From the NCBI GenBank assembly GCA_965203865.1, contig OZ241916.1:202353-266352 (forward strand): DNA of 64,000 nucleotides. Direction: 5' to 3'. The notes below the pieces were generated by a model. The model made no database searches. It was not told where the DNA came from and saw only the letters and a list, made by a program, of their open reading frames with translations. This stretch comes from Arenicellales bacterium. GTDB taxonomy: Bacteria > Pseudomonadota > Gammaproteobacteria > Arenicellales > JAJDZL01. This document shows, piece after piece, positions 1-9,558 of this stretch. Position 1 is the first letter of the stretch. Each line of letters starts with the position of its first letter. Position numbers and translations under genes: made by a program.

Positions 1-1
1 C

Positions 2-493
2 GAGGTTCTGATGGATGGCGACCACACGCTGGAGCGGTGCAAGGAAGTTACTTCAGAAGTGCTGACTGCGGTCTACAAGCAATTGGCTGAACAGCGAATC
101 CTGCTTGAAGGGACGATTCTGAAACCGAATATGGTTCTACCGGGAATTGACTGTCCACATCAGGCCAGCGTAGAGGAAGTCGCAGAACAAACTGTTCGAT
201 GCCTGCTTGCGACTGTTCCCCCGGAAGTTCCGGGTATCGCATTCCTGTCGGGAGGGCAATCGGACGAGCTGGCTACACAGCACTTGAATGCAATGAACCA
301 GCTGGACATGAAATTGCCTTGGCGGCTTACATTTTCCTACGGCCGCGCGTTGCAACAAGCACCGATGAAGGCATGGAGCGGCGATGACGAAAACAAGAAA
401 GAGGTTCACAAGCAGGCTCTCCATCGTGCAGCGGTGAACGCAGCTGCCACCAAGGGTGAATATACTCTGGAAATGGACAGCGGGTTGAATTGA
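2..493 (+). CDS. fructose-bisphosphate aldolase class I, C-terminal part (5' end outside window)
   Basis: Frame is open to the window edge. LEGTILKPNMV and AFLSGGQS motifs are typical of Schiff-base class I aldolases. Confidence 0.8.
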   Translation, partial: EVLMDGDHTLERCKEVTSEVLTAVYKQLAEQRILLEGTILKPNMVLPGIDCPHQASVEEVAEQTVRCLLATVPPEVPGIAFLSGGQSDELATQHLNAMNQLDMKLPWRLTFSYGRALQQAPMKAWSGDDENKKEVHKQALHRAAVNAAATKGEYTLEMDSGLN

Positions 494-513
494 GCATTTT
501 GGCAGGCACGGCA

Positions 514-744
514 ATGGTAAGCGTTCGATTTTTCGCCAGTCTGGCCGAACAGGTCGGTACCAGAATTGAAGAGGTTGTAATTGAACCGCAGTGTACAGCG
601 CGGGATGTCTGGAATTTAAGCGTGGGGGACCAAATCGTTCCGGAAAGCATAAATGTTGCGATCAACAAGGAGTACGCTTCCTGGGATTCACCTGTTTCGG
701 AAGGCGATGAGGTGGCGTTTTTTCCAACAGTTACAGGTGGCTAG
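514..744 (+). CDS. moaD: molybdopterin synthase sulfur-carrier subunit MoaD
   Basis: Small ubiquitin-like ORF ending in the diagnostic C-terminal GG (TVTGG), directly followed by moaE. ATG at 514 chosen over the upstream alternative start. Confidence 0.8.
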   Translation: MVSVRFFASLAEQVGTRIEEVVIEPQCTARDVWNLSVGDQIVPESINVAINKEYASWDSPVSEGDEVAFFPTVTGG

Positions 745-746
745 CC

Positions 747-1202
747 ATGCGTGTGGAAATTCTTGAGTCGCGGTTCGACCCTTGGAAAGAAATCACTGAG
801 TTTGAATCTTCCATTCCGCAGGGAAAGCAAGGTGCGACTGCTGTATTCGTTGGTACAATGCGGGATTTTAACGAAGGTGATACAGTCGCTGAACTGGAAC
901 TTGAACACTACGAGGGCATGACAGACCGACACCTGAGTTTTTTGGCCGAAACCCTGTCTAGCCAACACAATCTTGCAGATGTGATGATTTTGCATCGGGT
1001 CGGCAAGATATTTCCTGGAGACCCGATTGTATTGGTGGCAGTCTGGTCGGCACATCGTGCGGCGGCTTTCCAGGCCTGTAGTGCAATAGTCGAAGACTTG
1101 AAGTCAAAAGCCCCGTTCTGGAAGAAAGAGCTTCTGAGGGACGGCCAATTTCGGTGGGTTGAGCACAATACTGAAGGTCCGGGGATGACTCTAAACCAAT
1201 AA
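747..1202 (+). CDS. moaE: molybdopterin synthase catalytic subunit MoaE
   Basis: 151 aa starting 3 nt after moaD. FVGTMRDFNEG and ELEHYEGM are typical MoaE segments. Confidence 0.85.
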   Translation: MRVEILESRFDPWKEITEFESSIPQGKQGATAVFVGTMRDFNEGDTVAELELEHYEGMTDRHLSFLAETLSSQHNLADVMILHRVGKIFPGDPIVLVAVWSAHRAAAFQACSAIVEDLKSKAPFWKKELLRDGQFRWVEHNTEGPGMTLNQ

Positions 1203-1219
1203 ACCGGAGAATTGACAAG

Positions 1220-1525
1220 ATGGATGAACAAACGAAACTGGAAGTAGAAGCAGCGGCATTTCGAAGACTGGTGTCCCATTTTCGAGGACACACTGAGGTG
1301 CAGAACATCGACCTGATGAATCTGGCGAATTTTTGCCGTAACTGCCTGTCAAAATGGTATCGGGCAGCAGCCGAAGAACGCGGGTTTGAGATGAGTTACG
1401 AAGATGCCCGTGAAATCGTCTACGGAATGCCATACTCAGAGTGGAAAAAACTCTATCAGCAGGAAGCGACCGAAGAACAAAAGCAGATTTACGCCGAGAA
1501 GCAGGCGATGAAGCAAGAAGGCTAG
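1220..1525 (+). CDS. DUF1244 family protein
   Basis: AAFRRLVSHFRGHTEVQNIDLMNLANFCRNCLSKWY matches my recollection of the conserved DUF1244 core. Confidence 0.65.
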   Translation: MDEQTKLEVEAAAFRRLVSHFRGHTEVQNIDLMNLANFCRNCLSKWYRAAAEERGFEMSYEDAREIVYGMPYSEWKKLYQQEATEEQKQIYAEKQAMKQEG

Positions 1526-1529
1526 ATTC

Positions 1530-2120
1530 TCAAGCAGTTTTTTTCGCAACAATGTAGCTGAAAGTTTGCGAATCAGGTTTGCAATCGTCGCTGATCGACA
1601 AGATTTCATAGTTCCAAAACAATTTCCCCAGTTCACCAGGGTGTAGAACATATGCGGGATTGAATTTTGGAAGTTCATTGAGAAAATTTCGATTAAAAGT
1701 CTTGAATATCACGTGTCCGCCGGGCTTCAGGCTTTCCTCAATCGCGGGGATAAAATCGCGATTGAGATATTTGAAGCAAATCACCGCATCTGCTGATTCT
1801 GCCGGAAAACGAAACTGGCTTAAATCCGCCGCAAAGGCATGCACTGCAACTTTTGCCTGTTTTGCGCGTCGTTTGCATTCAATCAATGCCAGTTGACTGC
1901 AGTCGACAGCAATTGCGTGGCACTTTTGCTGAGCAAGATAAATCGAGTTGTGGCCAGGTCCGCTGCCTATATCAAACACAATTGATTTTGGTTTCAGAAG
2001 ATTGGCATACGAGACCAGCAGAGTATCGGGCAGGCTGGGAGAGTTGAATTTTTGATATTTTTGGTCCCAGCGTTCTGAATCACGAATCAATCGATTTTCT
2101 CCAGACCAGACTGGTTTCAA
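1530..2120 (-). CDS. class I SAM-dependent methyltransferase
   Basis: VFDIGSGPGHNSIYLA (SAM-binding motif I) and a Rossmann-like layout. The start is uncertain because the annotated start overlaps the moeA 3' end by 41 nt. Confidence 0.7.
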   Translation of the reverse strand: MKPVWSGENRLIRDSERWDQKYQKFNSPSLPDTLLVSYANLLKPKSIVFDIGSGPGHNSIYLAQQKCHAIAVDCSQLALIECKRRAKQAKVAVHAFAADLSQFRFPAESADAVICFKYLNRDFIPAIEESLKPGGHVIFKTFNRNFLNELPKFNPAYVLHPGELGKLFWNYEILSISDDCKPDSQTFSYIVAKKTA

Positions 2121-3366
2121 ACGGCTCTATCCGAACTACTGTTCCTGCGGGCAAGTTTCCCCTATCGAGCGGAAGCACGATGTAGCAGTTTGCACGGCTC
2201 ATCGATGTCAATACGCCAGAGCTTTGGTTGCCAGTAGACTCCACAATTGCGTTGCCTTCAGAGTCGTAGCTGAAAATCCCGCGTTGAAACTCCAGTCGTC
2301 CGGGAATCTTTTTGATTTCCCTGGTACATCGCGCATCAATTTGAATTGGCTGAGACTGGCGCTCGCCTTTCAGTTTTTTCAATGCCGGCTTCACAAATTT
2401 GTCGAAAGTAACCATCACTGACACCGGGTTGCCGGGCAAGCCGAAAAACCTTGCATTGTTGACTTTTCCAAAGGCAAGGGGGCGACCTGGCTTCATGGCT
2501 ACTTTCCAGAACGTTAGCTCACCCAAACTTTCCAGCGCCTGCGCGACAAAATCTGAATCGCCAACGGATGCACCAGCGCAGCTAATGACAATATCGGCTT
2601 TTGAAGCGCCTTCTTTCAATGCTTCCACTGTGTCATCCAATTTGTCCTCCACTACGCCCAAGTCAATCAAGTCAACATGAAGTTCTGTCAGCATCCCAAA
2701 CAAAGTGTAGCGATTGCTGTCGTAAATTTCACCAAGTTCAAGCGTCTTTCCCACTGAACGCAATTCATCGCCGGTGGAAAAAAATGCTACTACCGGTTTA
2801 CGGTAAACCAGAATTTCGCTATAGTTGACCGAGGCGAGAAGACCCAATTCCGCCGTGCCAATAATTTGGCCTCTTCTCAACGCCAATTCACCTTCTGTAA
2901 TGTCCTCGCCCGCTTCGCGAACATGCTGGCCTTGGCGATATGAAATATCTGCAAAATGAATTTGGTCTCCCACCACATTGGTATCTTCCTGAATGACGAT
3001 GGTGTCCAGGTTCTCTGGAATCACTGCACCTGTCAGAATTCTGATGCAGTCGCCGTGCCCGACTTCACCTTGGAAAGGATGTCCGGCAGTTGATGCCCCT
3101 ACGAGTTTCAAATACGATATCTTGCTGTTGGTCAAGTCTTCGAAGTGACAGGCGTATCCGTCCATTGCGGAGTTCCTGTGGGAAGGCACATTAAAACCTG
3201 CCGCTACATCTTCAGCGGCAACGCGGTGAAAAGCATCGCGTATCGGCAGTCTCTCTGTTTCGGCGACGGGATTTACATTCTCCAGAATCTGTCCAAGTGC
3301 ATCTTCGTACAAGGTTGACGTTACTTTTGCATCTTGGCAGCTTTCTTTTGCTTGAACGTCAGGCAT
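2080..3366 (-). CDS. moeA: molybdopterin molybdotransferase MoeA
   Basis: MoeA-like domains ([23 protein letters not shown]). ATG at 3366 overlaps the moaC stop by 8 nt. The longer ORF start at 3480 lies inside moaC. Confidence 0.85.
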   Translation of the reverse strand: MPDVQAKESCQDAKVTSTLYEDALGQILENVNPVAETERLPIRDAFHRVAAEDVAAGFNVPSHRNSAMDGYACHFEDLTNSKISYLKLVGASTAGHPFQGEVGHGDCIRILTGAVIPENLDTIVIQEDTNVVGDQIHFADISYRQGQHVREAGEDITEGELALRRGQIIGTAELGLLASVNYSEILVYRKPVVAFFSTGDELRSVGKTLELGEIYDSNRYTLFGMLTELHVDLIDLGVVEDKLDDTVEALKEGASKADIVISCAGASVGDSDFVAQALESLGELTFWKVAMKPGRPLAFGKVNNARFFGLPGNPVSVMVTFDKFVKPALKKLKGERQSQPIQIDARCTREIKKIPGRLEFQRGIFSYDSEGNAIVESTGNQSSGVLTSMSRANCYIVLPLDRGNLPAGTVVRIEPFETSLVWRKSIDS

Positions 3367-3841
3367 CGTCTCGTTTCCAGTGCCCTGAGCGCCCCCCGGA
3401 TTTTTCCAGCAGGGATACCGACTGGATTTCCATACCGCGGTCCGAGGACTTGCACATGTCGTAGACTGTAAGCAACGCAATTTCCACTGCCGTCAATGCT
3501 TCCATTTCAACGCCGGTTTTGTCCATGGTCTCCACCGTTGCAACACAGCAGACGCAAGAATTGTCCTTGTCGCATGTCAAATCGACGTTTACATGTGTAA
3601 GGGCAATTGGATGACACAGCGGCACAAGCTCGGATGTGCGTTTCGCGGCCATAATGCCGGCAACCCGGGCAATTCCCAGGACATCGCCTTTTTTGCTTTG
3701 TCCCTGCATAATTGCCTCAAGGGTGGCAGGATTCATAGTGATACGGCCCTGGGCAATTGCCTGTCTGGCAGTTGCCTGCTTGTCACCCACGTTGACCATA
3801 TGGGCTTCTCCCTTATCATTGAAATGTGTAAATTCTGTCAT
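3359..3841 (-). CDS. moaC: cyclic pyranopterin monophosphate synthase MoaC
   Basis: [44 protein letters not shown] and MEALTAV are classic MoaC motifs. Confidence 0.9.
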   Translation of the reverse strand: MTEFTHFNDKGEAHMVNVGDKQATARQAIAQGRITMNPATLEAIMQGQSKKGDVLGIARVAGIMAAKRTSELVPLCHPIALTHVNVDLTCDKDNSCVCCVATVETMDKTGVEMEALTAVEIALLTVYDMCKSSDRGMEIQSVSLLEKSGGRSGHWKRDDA

Positions 3842-3907
3842 GGCAGTAGAATACAATTCAGTCGTCTGCTGATTTTATCAATTGTTCAACATGATAAACT
3901 TTTGCTT

Positions 3908-4678
3908 ATGGATGATTCCATTTTATTGAGATACAACCGGCAAATTATGCTGCCCGCAGTCGGCATAGAAGGCCAGCAAAAAATCATGGATGCCCGAGTG
4001 TTGATTATAGGACTTGGCGGACTTGGTTCACCGGTTTCGATGTACTTGGCTGCAAGCGGAGTGGGCCACTTGCGCTTGAATGATTTTGACGACGTAGATC
4101 TTTCCAACCTGCAAAGACAAATCGTTCATACTACCAATGCAATTGACAGTCCCAAGGTTGATTCGGCAATTCAAACAATTCGGTCTTTGAACCCCGAAAT
4201 TGAATGCACAGGGGCCAGTGGACGATTGCAAGGAGAAGAATTGGTCACCGAAGTTCAAAACGCTGATGTGGTTGTGGACGCGACCGACAATTTTGACATA
4301 AGATTCGCATTGAATGAGGCATGTGTGAAGACAGGAACCCCGCTTGTGTCGGGTGCAGCCATACGTTTTGAAGGACAGGTAACTGTATTTCGTCCAGATA
4401 CGAACTCCGGCCCCTGTTTTCGGTGTCTGTTCAGTCCAGAAGACGAGCCGGATGAACGTTGCAGCGAAACGGGAATACTGGGTTCGGTTGCGGGTGTGAT
4501 CGGATGTGTTCAAGCGACAGAGGTTCTCAAGATTATTACAGGGGTAGGCGAAACTTTAATTGGTCGACTTCTTCTTTTTGATGCAATTCGCATGGAATGG
4601 CAAGAAATCATTGCATCAAGAGATAAAAACTGCCCGGTATGCGGCAATCGGAAGCAAAATAGCCGTGATGCGGGGTAG
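3908..4678 (+). CDS. moeB: molybdopterin-synthase adenylyltransferase MoeB (ThiF/E1-like)
   Basis: RYNRQIMLPAVG, GLGGLGSP nucleotide loop and CFRC plus CPVC zinc cysteines. ATG at 3908. The upstream part of the 361-aa ORF is antisense to moaC. Confidence 0.85.
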   Translation: MDDSILLRYNRQIMLPAVGIEGQQKIMDARVLIIGLGGLGSPVSMYLAASGVGHLRLNDFDDVDLSNLQRQIVHTTNAIDSPKVDSAIQTIRSLNPEIECTGASGRLQGEELVTEVQNADVVVDATDNFDIRFALNEACVKTGTPLVSGAAIRFEGQVTVFRPDTNSGPCFRCLFSPEDEPDERCSETGILGSVAGVIGCVQATEVLKIITGVGETLIGRLLLFDAIRMEWQEIIASRDKNCPVCGNRKQNSRDAG

Positions 4679-4722
4679 TTAGGGAAAATTTAATTGTTGT
4701 ACTTGCAAAGGAGATTTTTCAA

Positions 4723-5313
4723 ATGGCAGCTGTGAAATCAAGCATGCTGGAGCTGGGCACGCAAGCCCCTGACTTCAGGTTACCAAATACAAATCCAATT
4801 GTGGAACTGGACGAAGTGGCGTTAAGCGATTATTCTTCGGCGAAAGGTGTTTTGGTTGCGTTTATTTGCAATCATTGTCCTTATGTCATTCTGATTAAAG
4901 AGAATTTTGCAAGATTTGCCGAAGAATACCAATCCAGGGGACTGGCTGTTCTGGCAATCAGCTCCAACGATGCGGAAACCCATCCGGCCGATAGTCCAGA
5001 GAAGATGTCGGAGGATGCGGGCAAGTACCATTATACGTTCCCGTATCTATATGACGAATCGCAAGCTGTCGCAAAAGCATACCAGGCTACTTGCACACCA
5101 GACTTTTTCTTATTCGACACCGCTCTTACGCTTGTGTATCGAGGTCAGTACGACGACAGTCGCCCCAACAATGGCAAGAATGTCACTGGAAGAGATCTAC
5201 GCGCTGCGGCGAATTCTGTCATTGCCGGCGAAGCGGTTGCAATTGACCAGATACCGAGCATCGGGTGCAGTATCAAGTGGAAGATCGGCAATGAACCTGG
5301 CTGGTCCCAGTAG
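4723..5313 (+). CDS. thioredoxin-fold thiol-disulfide oxidoreductase (AhpC/TSA-like)
   Basis: CNHCP redox motif in a thioredoxin-like context, 196 aa. Confidence 0.75.
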   Translation: MAAVKSSMLELGTQAPDFRLPNTNPIVELDEVALSDYSSAKGVLVAFICNHCPYVILIKENFARFAEEYQSRGLAVLAISSNDAETHPADSPEKMSEDAGKYHYTFPYLYDESQAVAKAYQATCTPDFFLFDTALTLVYRGQYDDSRPNNGKNVTGRDLRAAANSVIAGEAVAIDQIPSIGCSIKWKIGNEPGWSQ

Positions 5314-5385
5314 TTCCTTGTCAAATAGATTCCCGGTAAGGGCACCAATCTTGTAATTGAACAGTTTGCATCAGGTTTGCAGGGA

Positions 5386-6561
5386 ATGGAGTACGAACCC
5401 GTCCAAATTCAATATGTAATGGCTGTAATTTACTTTGGCGCGGCTGTGCTCGCCACAATCGCGCTGTATACACGCCAAGCCTTGCCAGTTGTCTACATTT
5501 TGCTGGGCATAATAATCGGACCCGGCGGGCTCAAGTTGCTGGCAAACCCCGAACTCGTTGAGCTCTTTGCACACTTTGGCATTATATTTCTCCTGTTTCT
5601 GCTTGGGCTTGACCTGTATCCGCAAAAACTTGTCAATTTATTCAGGTCGGTATCCATCGTAACGTTTACTAGCTCGGTAATTTTCTTTGGGGTTGCGTTT
5701 CTGGTTTGCCTTGCATTTGGTTTTTCCACCCACGAAGCATTGATTGCGGGGATCGCAGCGATGTTTTCGAGCACAATTATAGGACTGAAGCTTTTACCAA
5801 CAACAGTATTGCATCATCGGCATATTGGGGAACTGGTAATTGGTGTACTGCTGCTCCAGGACTTGCTAGCGATTCTTGCGCTGGTCGTATTGAAAGGTAT
5901 GGAGATAAGCATTTCGTTTCAGATGGTGCATTTGTTTCCGATAATTATGCTTCCGCTGCTGGTGTGCGTTGCGTTCTTGCTGGAACGGTATGTAATTCGG
6001 CAGTTGATTATTCAGTTTGAAAAGATTCGAGAGTACGTTTTCGTTGTAACAATTGGATGGTGTCTGGGCATGTCGCAGCTTGCAGTCATGTGCGGCCTTA
6101 GCTATGAAATTGGCGCTTTTACCGCCGGGGTTACCTTGGCCGCATCGCCCATATCCCGCTACATAGCCGAGACGCTTCGACCCATTCGGGACTTCTTCAT
6201 GATCTTGTTCTTCGTGGCTGTCGGAGCTTATATCAACCTGGGAACCGCACTTGATGTCATTGTCCCGGCAATTGTACTGGCCGCTGCCATGCTGGTGGTG
6301 AAGCCTGCAACTTTTCGATTTTTGTTCGAAAGAAACTCGGAGAAAAAGGACACATCCTGGGAAGTGGGATTTCGTCTGGGACAACTGAGTGAATTTTCCA
6401 TTCTTCTGGCATTTCTCGCAGTCAAGCTGACTGACATTGGAAGCGATGCGACTAATTTGATTGTTATTGCAACGGTATTAACATTTATCGGATCGTCGTA
6501 TATTGTAGTGTTTCGATATCCAACTCCAGTTGCAGTATCCGATCATTTGAGACGGGACTAA
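5386..6561 (+). CDS. cation:proton antiporter (CPA2/Kef-type membrane domain)
   Basis: About 390 aa, highly hydrophobic multi-TM protein with GIIFLLFLLGLDL typical of Na/H-exchanger family proteins. The start codon is ambiguous (TTG 5377, ATG 5386 or ATG 5419). Confidence 0.75.
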   Translation: MEYEPVQIQYVMAVIYFGAAVLATIALYTRQALPVVYILLGIIIGPGGLKLLANPELVELFAHFGIIFLLFLLGLDLYPQKLVNLFRSVSIVTFTSSVIFFGVAFLVCLAFGFSTHEALIAGIAAMFSSTIIGLKLLPTTVLHHRHIGELVIGVLLLQDLLAILALVVLKGMEISISFQMVHLFPIIMLPLLVCVAFLLERYVIRQLIIQFEKIREYVFVVTIGWCLGMSQLAVMCGLSYEIGAFTAGVTLAASPISRYIAETLRPIRDFFMILFFVAVGAYINLGTALDVIVPAIVLAAAMLVVKPATFRFLFERNSEKKDTSWEVGFRLGQLSEFSILLAFLAVKLTDIGSDATNLIVIATVLTFIGSSYIVVFRYPTPVAVSDHLRRD

Positions 6562-6587
6562 CCTGCCTTGTTACTTGAATTTACGCA

Positions 6588-7107
6588 TCGGAGATTTTGG
6601 TCGAAATTCTGAACTGTTATAATTAATAGGAACTACAAAAGTCTTTTGACAATCTACATGAAGCGTCACTGACATAATTCAGTGTTGCATACGAGGAAAA
6701 GTTATGTCCCAATCAGATAAAGAATTCGATAATGTAGACTTTGAAGTTATTATTCGAAAAAAACCGAAGATTGATATGAAGCAGGTAAAAGAGGTAAGAG
6801 TTATTCTGGAAGAAATCAGGCCGCTTGGAAAACGCGGATACAACCTAGGTATTCCCTTTACCAAACAGGTGCATGTAGATGATTCGCATCAACCATGGTA
6901 ATGCGTATTTTTTCGTACTAAATTGCCCCCTTTTTTCTTGTCAATTTATTGGCAAAATTGTTGGAATTAGAAAAGCAAGTTGCCTGAATAGCTTGGTGCG
7001 GTAAAGCCAATAGCAAATTGGTAAATGCAAGTGCCAAACTGCTCACATCGGTAACATCAATCCGGCCATAGTTTGCAAATTGCGCGGACGAAGTGCAAGA
7101 CCATTTG
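6588..7107 (+). repeat. direct repeat copy 1 (about 0.5 kb): protease 3'-end remnant + 65-aa ORF + downstream non-coding
   Basis: Aligns by eye at roughly 85-90 percent identity with 7919-8432, a period of about 1330 bp. Confidence 0.85.
6704..6901 (+). CDS. conserved 65-aa hypothetical protein (copy 1)
   Basis: 56 of 65 residues are identical to the ORF at 8036-8233 and the frame is kept open in both copies. AGGA-type SD (gaggaaaagtt) lies before the ATG. Confidence 0.5.
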   Translation: MSQSDKEFDNVDFEVIIRKKPKIDMKQVKEVRVILEEIRPLGKRGYNLGIPFTKQVHVDDSHQPW

Positions 7108-7158
7108 TAATCATGTTATAATTTATATGAAAACTTTAGAATAAGAGTAACTTTGCTA

Positions 7159-8052
7159 ATGACCAATATTTTCGTTCATTCTCCACCAGAAAAAGTTGTT
7201 GAAAGTCGACTTTCAAAGAGAATCAAGGCAATAGAAAAAAGCATGGAAGCCGATGCGATTTCTATTGTTGGTGAATTGACCTATGGTGTTGACGAAATAA
7301 TTCGGAACGAACTGGAAATTCTCAATAGCACCTCCTCTTCTCCAAGAAAGCTTGTAGTTATCGTCCAAACTGGCGGCGGATTTATAGAAGTGGTGCAAAG
7401 AATAGTCGAGACACTCCGACATCACTACGCTGAAGTTGAATTCATGGTGCCAAATTGTGCTATGTCTGCTGGTACTGTACTAGTCATGTCCGGCGATGCT
7501 ATTCATATGGACTATTTTTCTATTCTTGGTCCAATTGACCCGCAAGTACACAATACAAACGATCAGTCGGTTCCAGCACTAGGTTATTTGGAACATTACG
7601 AGCAGTTGATAAAAAAAGCACATGATGGAGAAATGACAACCGCTGAGTTAAGTTATTTCATTGAAAATTTCGACTCTGCCGAGTTATATCAATACGAACA
7701 AGCCCGGCGATTGTCTATTAGTCTCTTGCAAGACTGGTTGGTAAGATACAAGTTCAAAAATTGGAAGAAGACAGAGTCAAGGGGGATTGTAGTTAGTAAT
7801 GAGTATCGGATTGAACGTGCTACCAAGATTGCTGAAAAGTTGAGTAATTCAAACTATTGGCACTCGCACGGACGTGGAATTTCAATGGAAGTGCTGAGAC
7901 GAGATTTGAATTTACGTATTGAAGATTTTGGTCAAAATCCTGGATTGAATTATAATATCAGAAATTACGAAAGTCTTTTGACAACCTACATACAACGTTG
8001 TAATCATAATTTAGTGTTGCATACGAGAGAAAATTATGTCCCAATCAGATAA
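7159..8052 (+). CDS. ClpP-fold serine protease, SDH/S49 family (PF01972-like)
   Basis: VVIVQTGGG ... PNCAMSAGTVLVMSGD ... LGPIDPQ, the layout of S49/SDH ClpP-class peptidases. tataat-like -10 element at about 7124. Confidence 0.7.
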   Translation: MTNIFVHSPPEKVVESRLSKRIKAIEKSMEADAISIVGELTYGVDEIIRNELEILNSTSSSPRKLVVIVQTGGGFIEVVQRIVETLRHHYAEVEFMVPNCAMSAGTVLVMSGDAIHMDYFSILGPIDPQVHNTNDQSVPALGYLEHYEQLIKKAHDGEMTTAELSYFIENFDSAELYQYEQARRLSISLLQDWLVRYKFKNWKKTESRGIVVSNEYRIERATKIAEKLSNSNYWHSHGRGISMEVLRRDLNLRIEDFGQNPGLNYNIRNYESLLTTYIQRCNHNLVLHTRENYVPIR

Positions 8053-8432
8053 AAAATTCGATGATGTAGACCTTGATGCTATTGTTCGAAAAAACCCGAA
8101 GATTGATATGAAGCAGGTAAAAGAGGTAAGAGCTATTCTGGAAGAAATCAGGCCGCTTGGAAAACGGGGATACAATCTAGTTATTCCCTTTACCAAACAG
8201 GTGCATGTGGATGATTCGCATCAACCATGGTAATGCGTATTTTTTCGTACTAAATTGCCCCCTTTTTTTCTTGTCAATTTATTGGCAAAATTGTTGGAAT
8301 TAAAAAAGCGAGTTGCCTGAATAACTTGGCACAGTAAAGCCAATAGCAAATTGGTAAATGCAGGTGCCCAATTGCTCATATCGTTAGCATCAATCCAGCC
8401 ATAGCTTGCAGATTGCGCGGACGAAGTGACAG
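7919..8432 (+). repeat. direct repeat copy 2 (about 0.5 kb)
   Basis: Partner of 6588-7107. Covers the last roughly 130 nt of the protease gene, the second 65-aa ORF and about 200 nt downstream. Confidence 0.85.
8036..8233 (+). CDS. conserved 65-aa hypothetical protein (copy 2), overlaps protease stop
   Basis: The start lies 17 nt inside the protease 3' end, suggesting translational coupling. Paralog of 6704-6901. Confidence 0.5.
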   Translation: MSQSDKKFDDVDLDAIVRKNPKIDMKQVKEVRAILEEIRPLGKRGYNLVIPFTKQVHVDDSHQPW

Positions 8433-8444
8433 GCCAAATTTTCA

Positions 8445-9347
8445 GTGAACACGAGCACTGCGCTTGATGTGATTGTTGCAGGTTGCGGCTATGCAGGTCG
8501 TTTGCTGACACAGAGAATTTCAGCGTCAGGCACCCGCACCGTTGGATTGTCAAGAAGAGTTCAGACTGAATTGCAGAATTTTTCTCATCTGCAGATAGAT
8601 TTGGACAACTTGCGTTGTGCATCGGAAATTGATTGCGAGGGCAAGGTTGTCTACTATCTTGTTCCCCCGCCCAAGTCAGGGAACGTTGATACCCGGCTGG
8701 GAAACTTTCTGGACTCCATCGCTACTGGTGTGCCTGCCAAGTTCATTCTGATTAGTACAACCGGAGTATACGGGAACTGCAATGGCCGGTGGGTTAGCGA
8801 AGAATCGCCTTTGAATCCTCAAGCTGACAGGAGCATCAGACGTGTTGATGCAGAACAAAAAAGTATTCAGTGGTGTGCCAGCAAGAATATAGATCTCACT
8901 ATATTGAGAGTTGCAGCGATTTACGGTCCGGGACGAATTCCGGTAGAACGAATCAGGAAAGGAATTACACTCCCCACGCCTGAATCCTGCGGATTTAGCA
9001 ATCGCATACATGTCAATGACTTGGTTTCAGTTTGCATGGCTGCAGCGAATCCCACGCCAAGCATGATTTACAATGTCTCGGACGGTTTTCCAATGCCCAT
9101 GACCAAATATTACATGCTGGTCGCTGAAATTTGGAATCTTCCGCAGCCGCAAGTATTGGATTTTCAAACTTCGTTGGCAAGTCATAGCCGCTCAATGCAG
9201 AGCTACCTGACCGAATCCAGGAAAATTGACAATCGTCGAATGATGCAAGAATTGAATATTGAACTGGCTTTTCCGGATGCAAGAAAAGGATTGGAATGCT
9301 GCTACAAGGTGGAATCTGGGTTGCACAATGCGCCCGGCGCATCGTAA
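8445..9347 (+). CDS. NAD(P)-dependent epimerase/dehydratase-family (extended SDR) protein
   Basis: N-terminal VAGCGYAG Rossmann loop and 300 aa of SDR-like length. GTG start. Confidence 0.65.
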   Translation: MNTSTALDVIVAGCGYAGRLLTQRISASGTRTVGLSRRVQTELQNFSHLQIDLDNLRCASEIDCEGKVVYYLVPPPKSGNVDTRLGNFLDSIATGVPAKFILISTTGVYGNCNGRWVSEESPLNPQADRSIRRVDAEQKSIQWCASKNIDLTILRVAAIYGPGRIPVERIRKGITLPTPESCGFSNRIHVNDLVSVCMAAANPTPSMIYNVSDGFPMPMTKYYMLVAEIWNLPQPQVLDFQTSLASHSRSMQSYLTESRKIDNRRMMQELNIELAFPDARKGLECCYKVESGLHNAPGAS

Positions 9348-9558
9348 GAAGCATCTCTGGCACAAGATATCAGCACTGAAATTACGGTAGCAGACAGTTG
9401 AAAAGTGATTGCCCAATATCTGAATTTTCAACTTGCTTCGTCAGGGATTTTTGGAGTTTTTAGTATCTTGTTTTTCAAGAACAATGGAGAATATGCCCGT
9501 ACAGGAGTATTATTGGGCAATCGCAAATGGATTCGCCGGCAAGTGAAATGGGTGAAAT

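Noticed and set aside
3593-3907. The N-terminal 105 codons of the 361-aa plus-strand ORF would extend MoeB far upstream.
   Set aside because: This stretch is antisense to the well-supported moaC gene and has no ThiF-like sequence. The MoeB homology starts at the ATG at 3908 (MDDSILLRYNRQ...).
6679-6864. Conserved 61-aa minus-strand ORFs at 6679-6864 and 8011-8196, antisense to the 65-aa ORFs.
   Set aside because: Their conservation is explained by the DNA repeat itself. They lack an SD and any plausible context. The plus-strand frame has an SD and is coupled to the protease gene, so I preferred it, although neither frame is proven.
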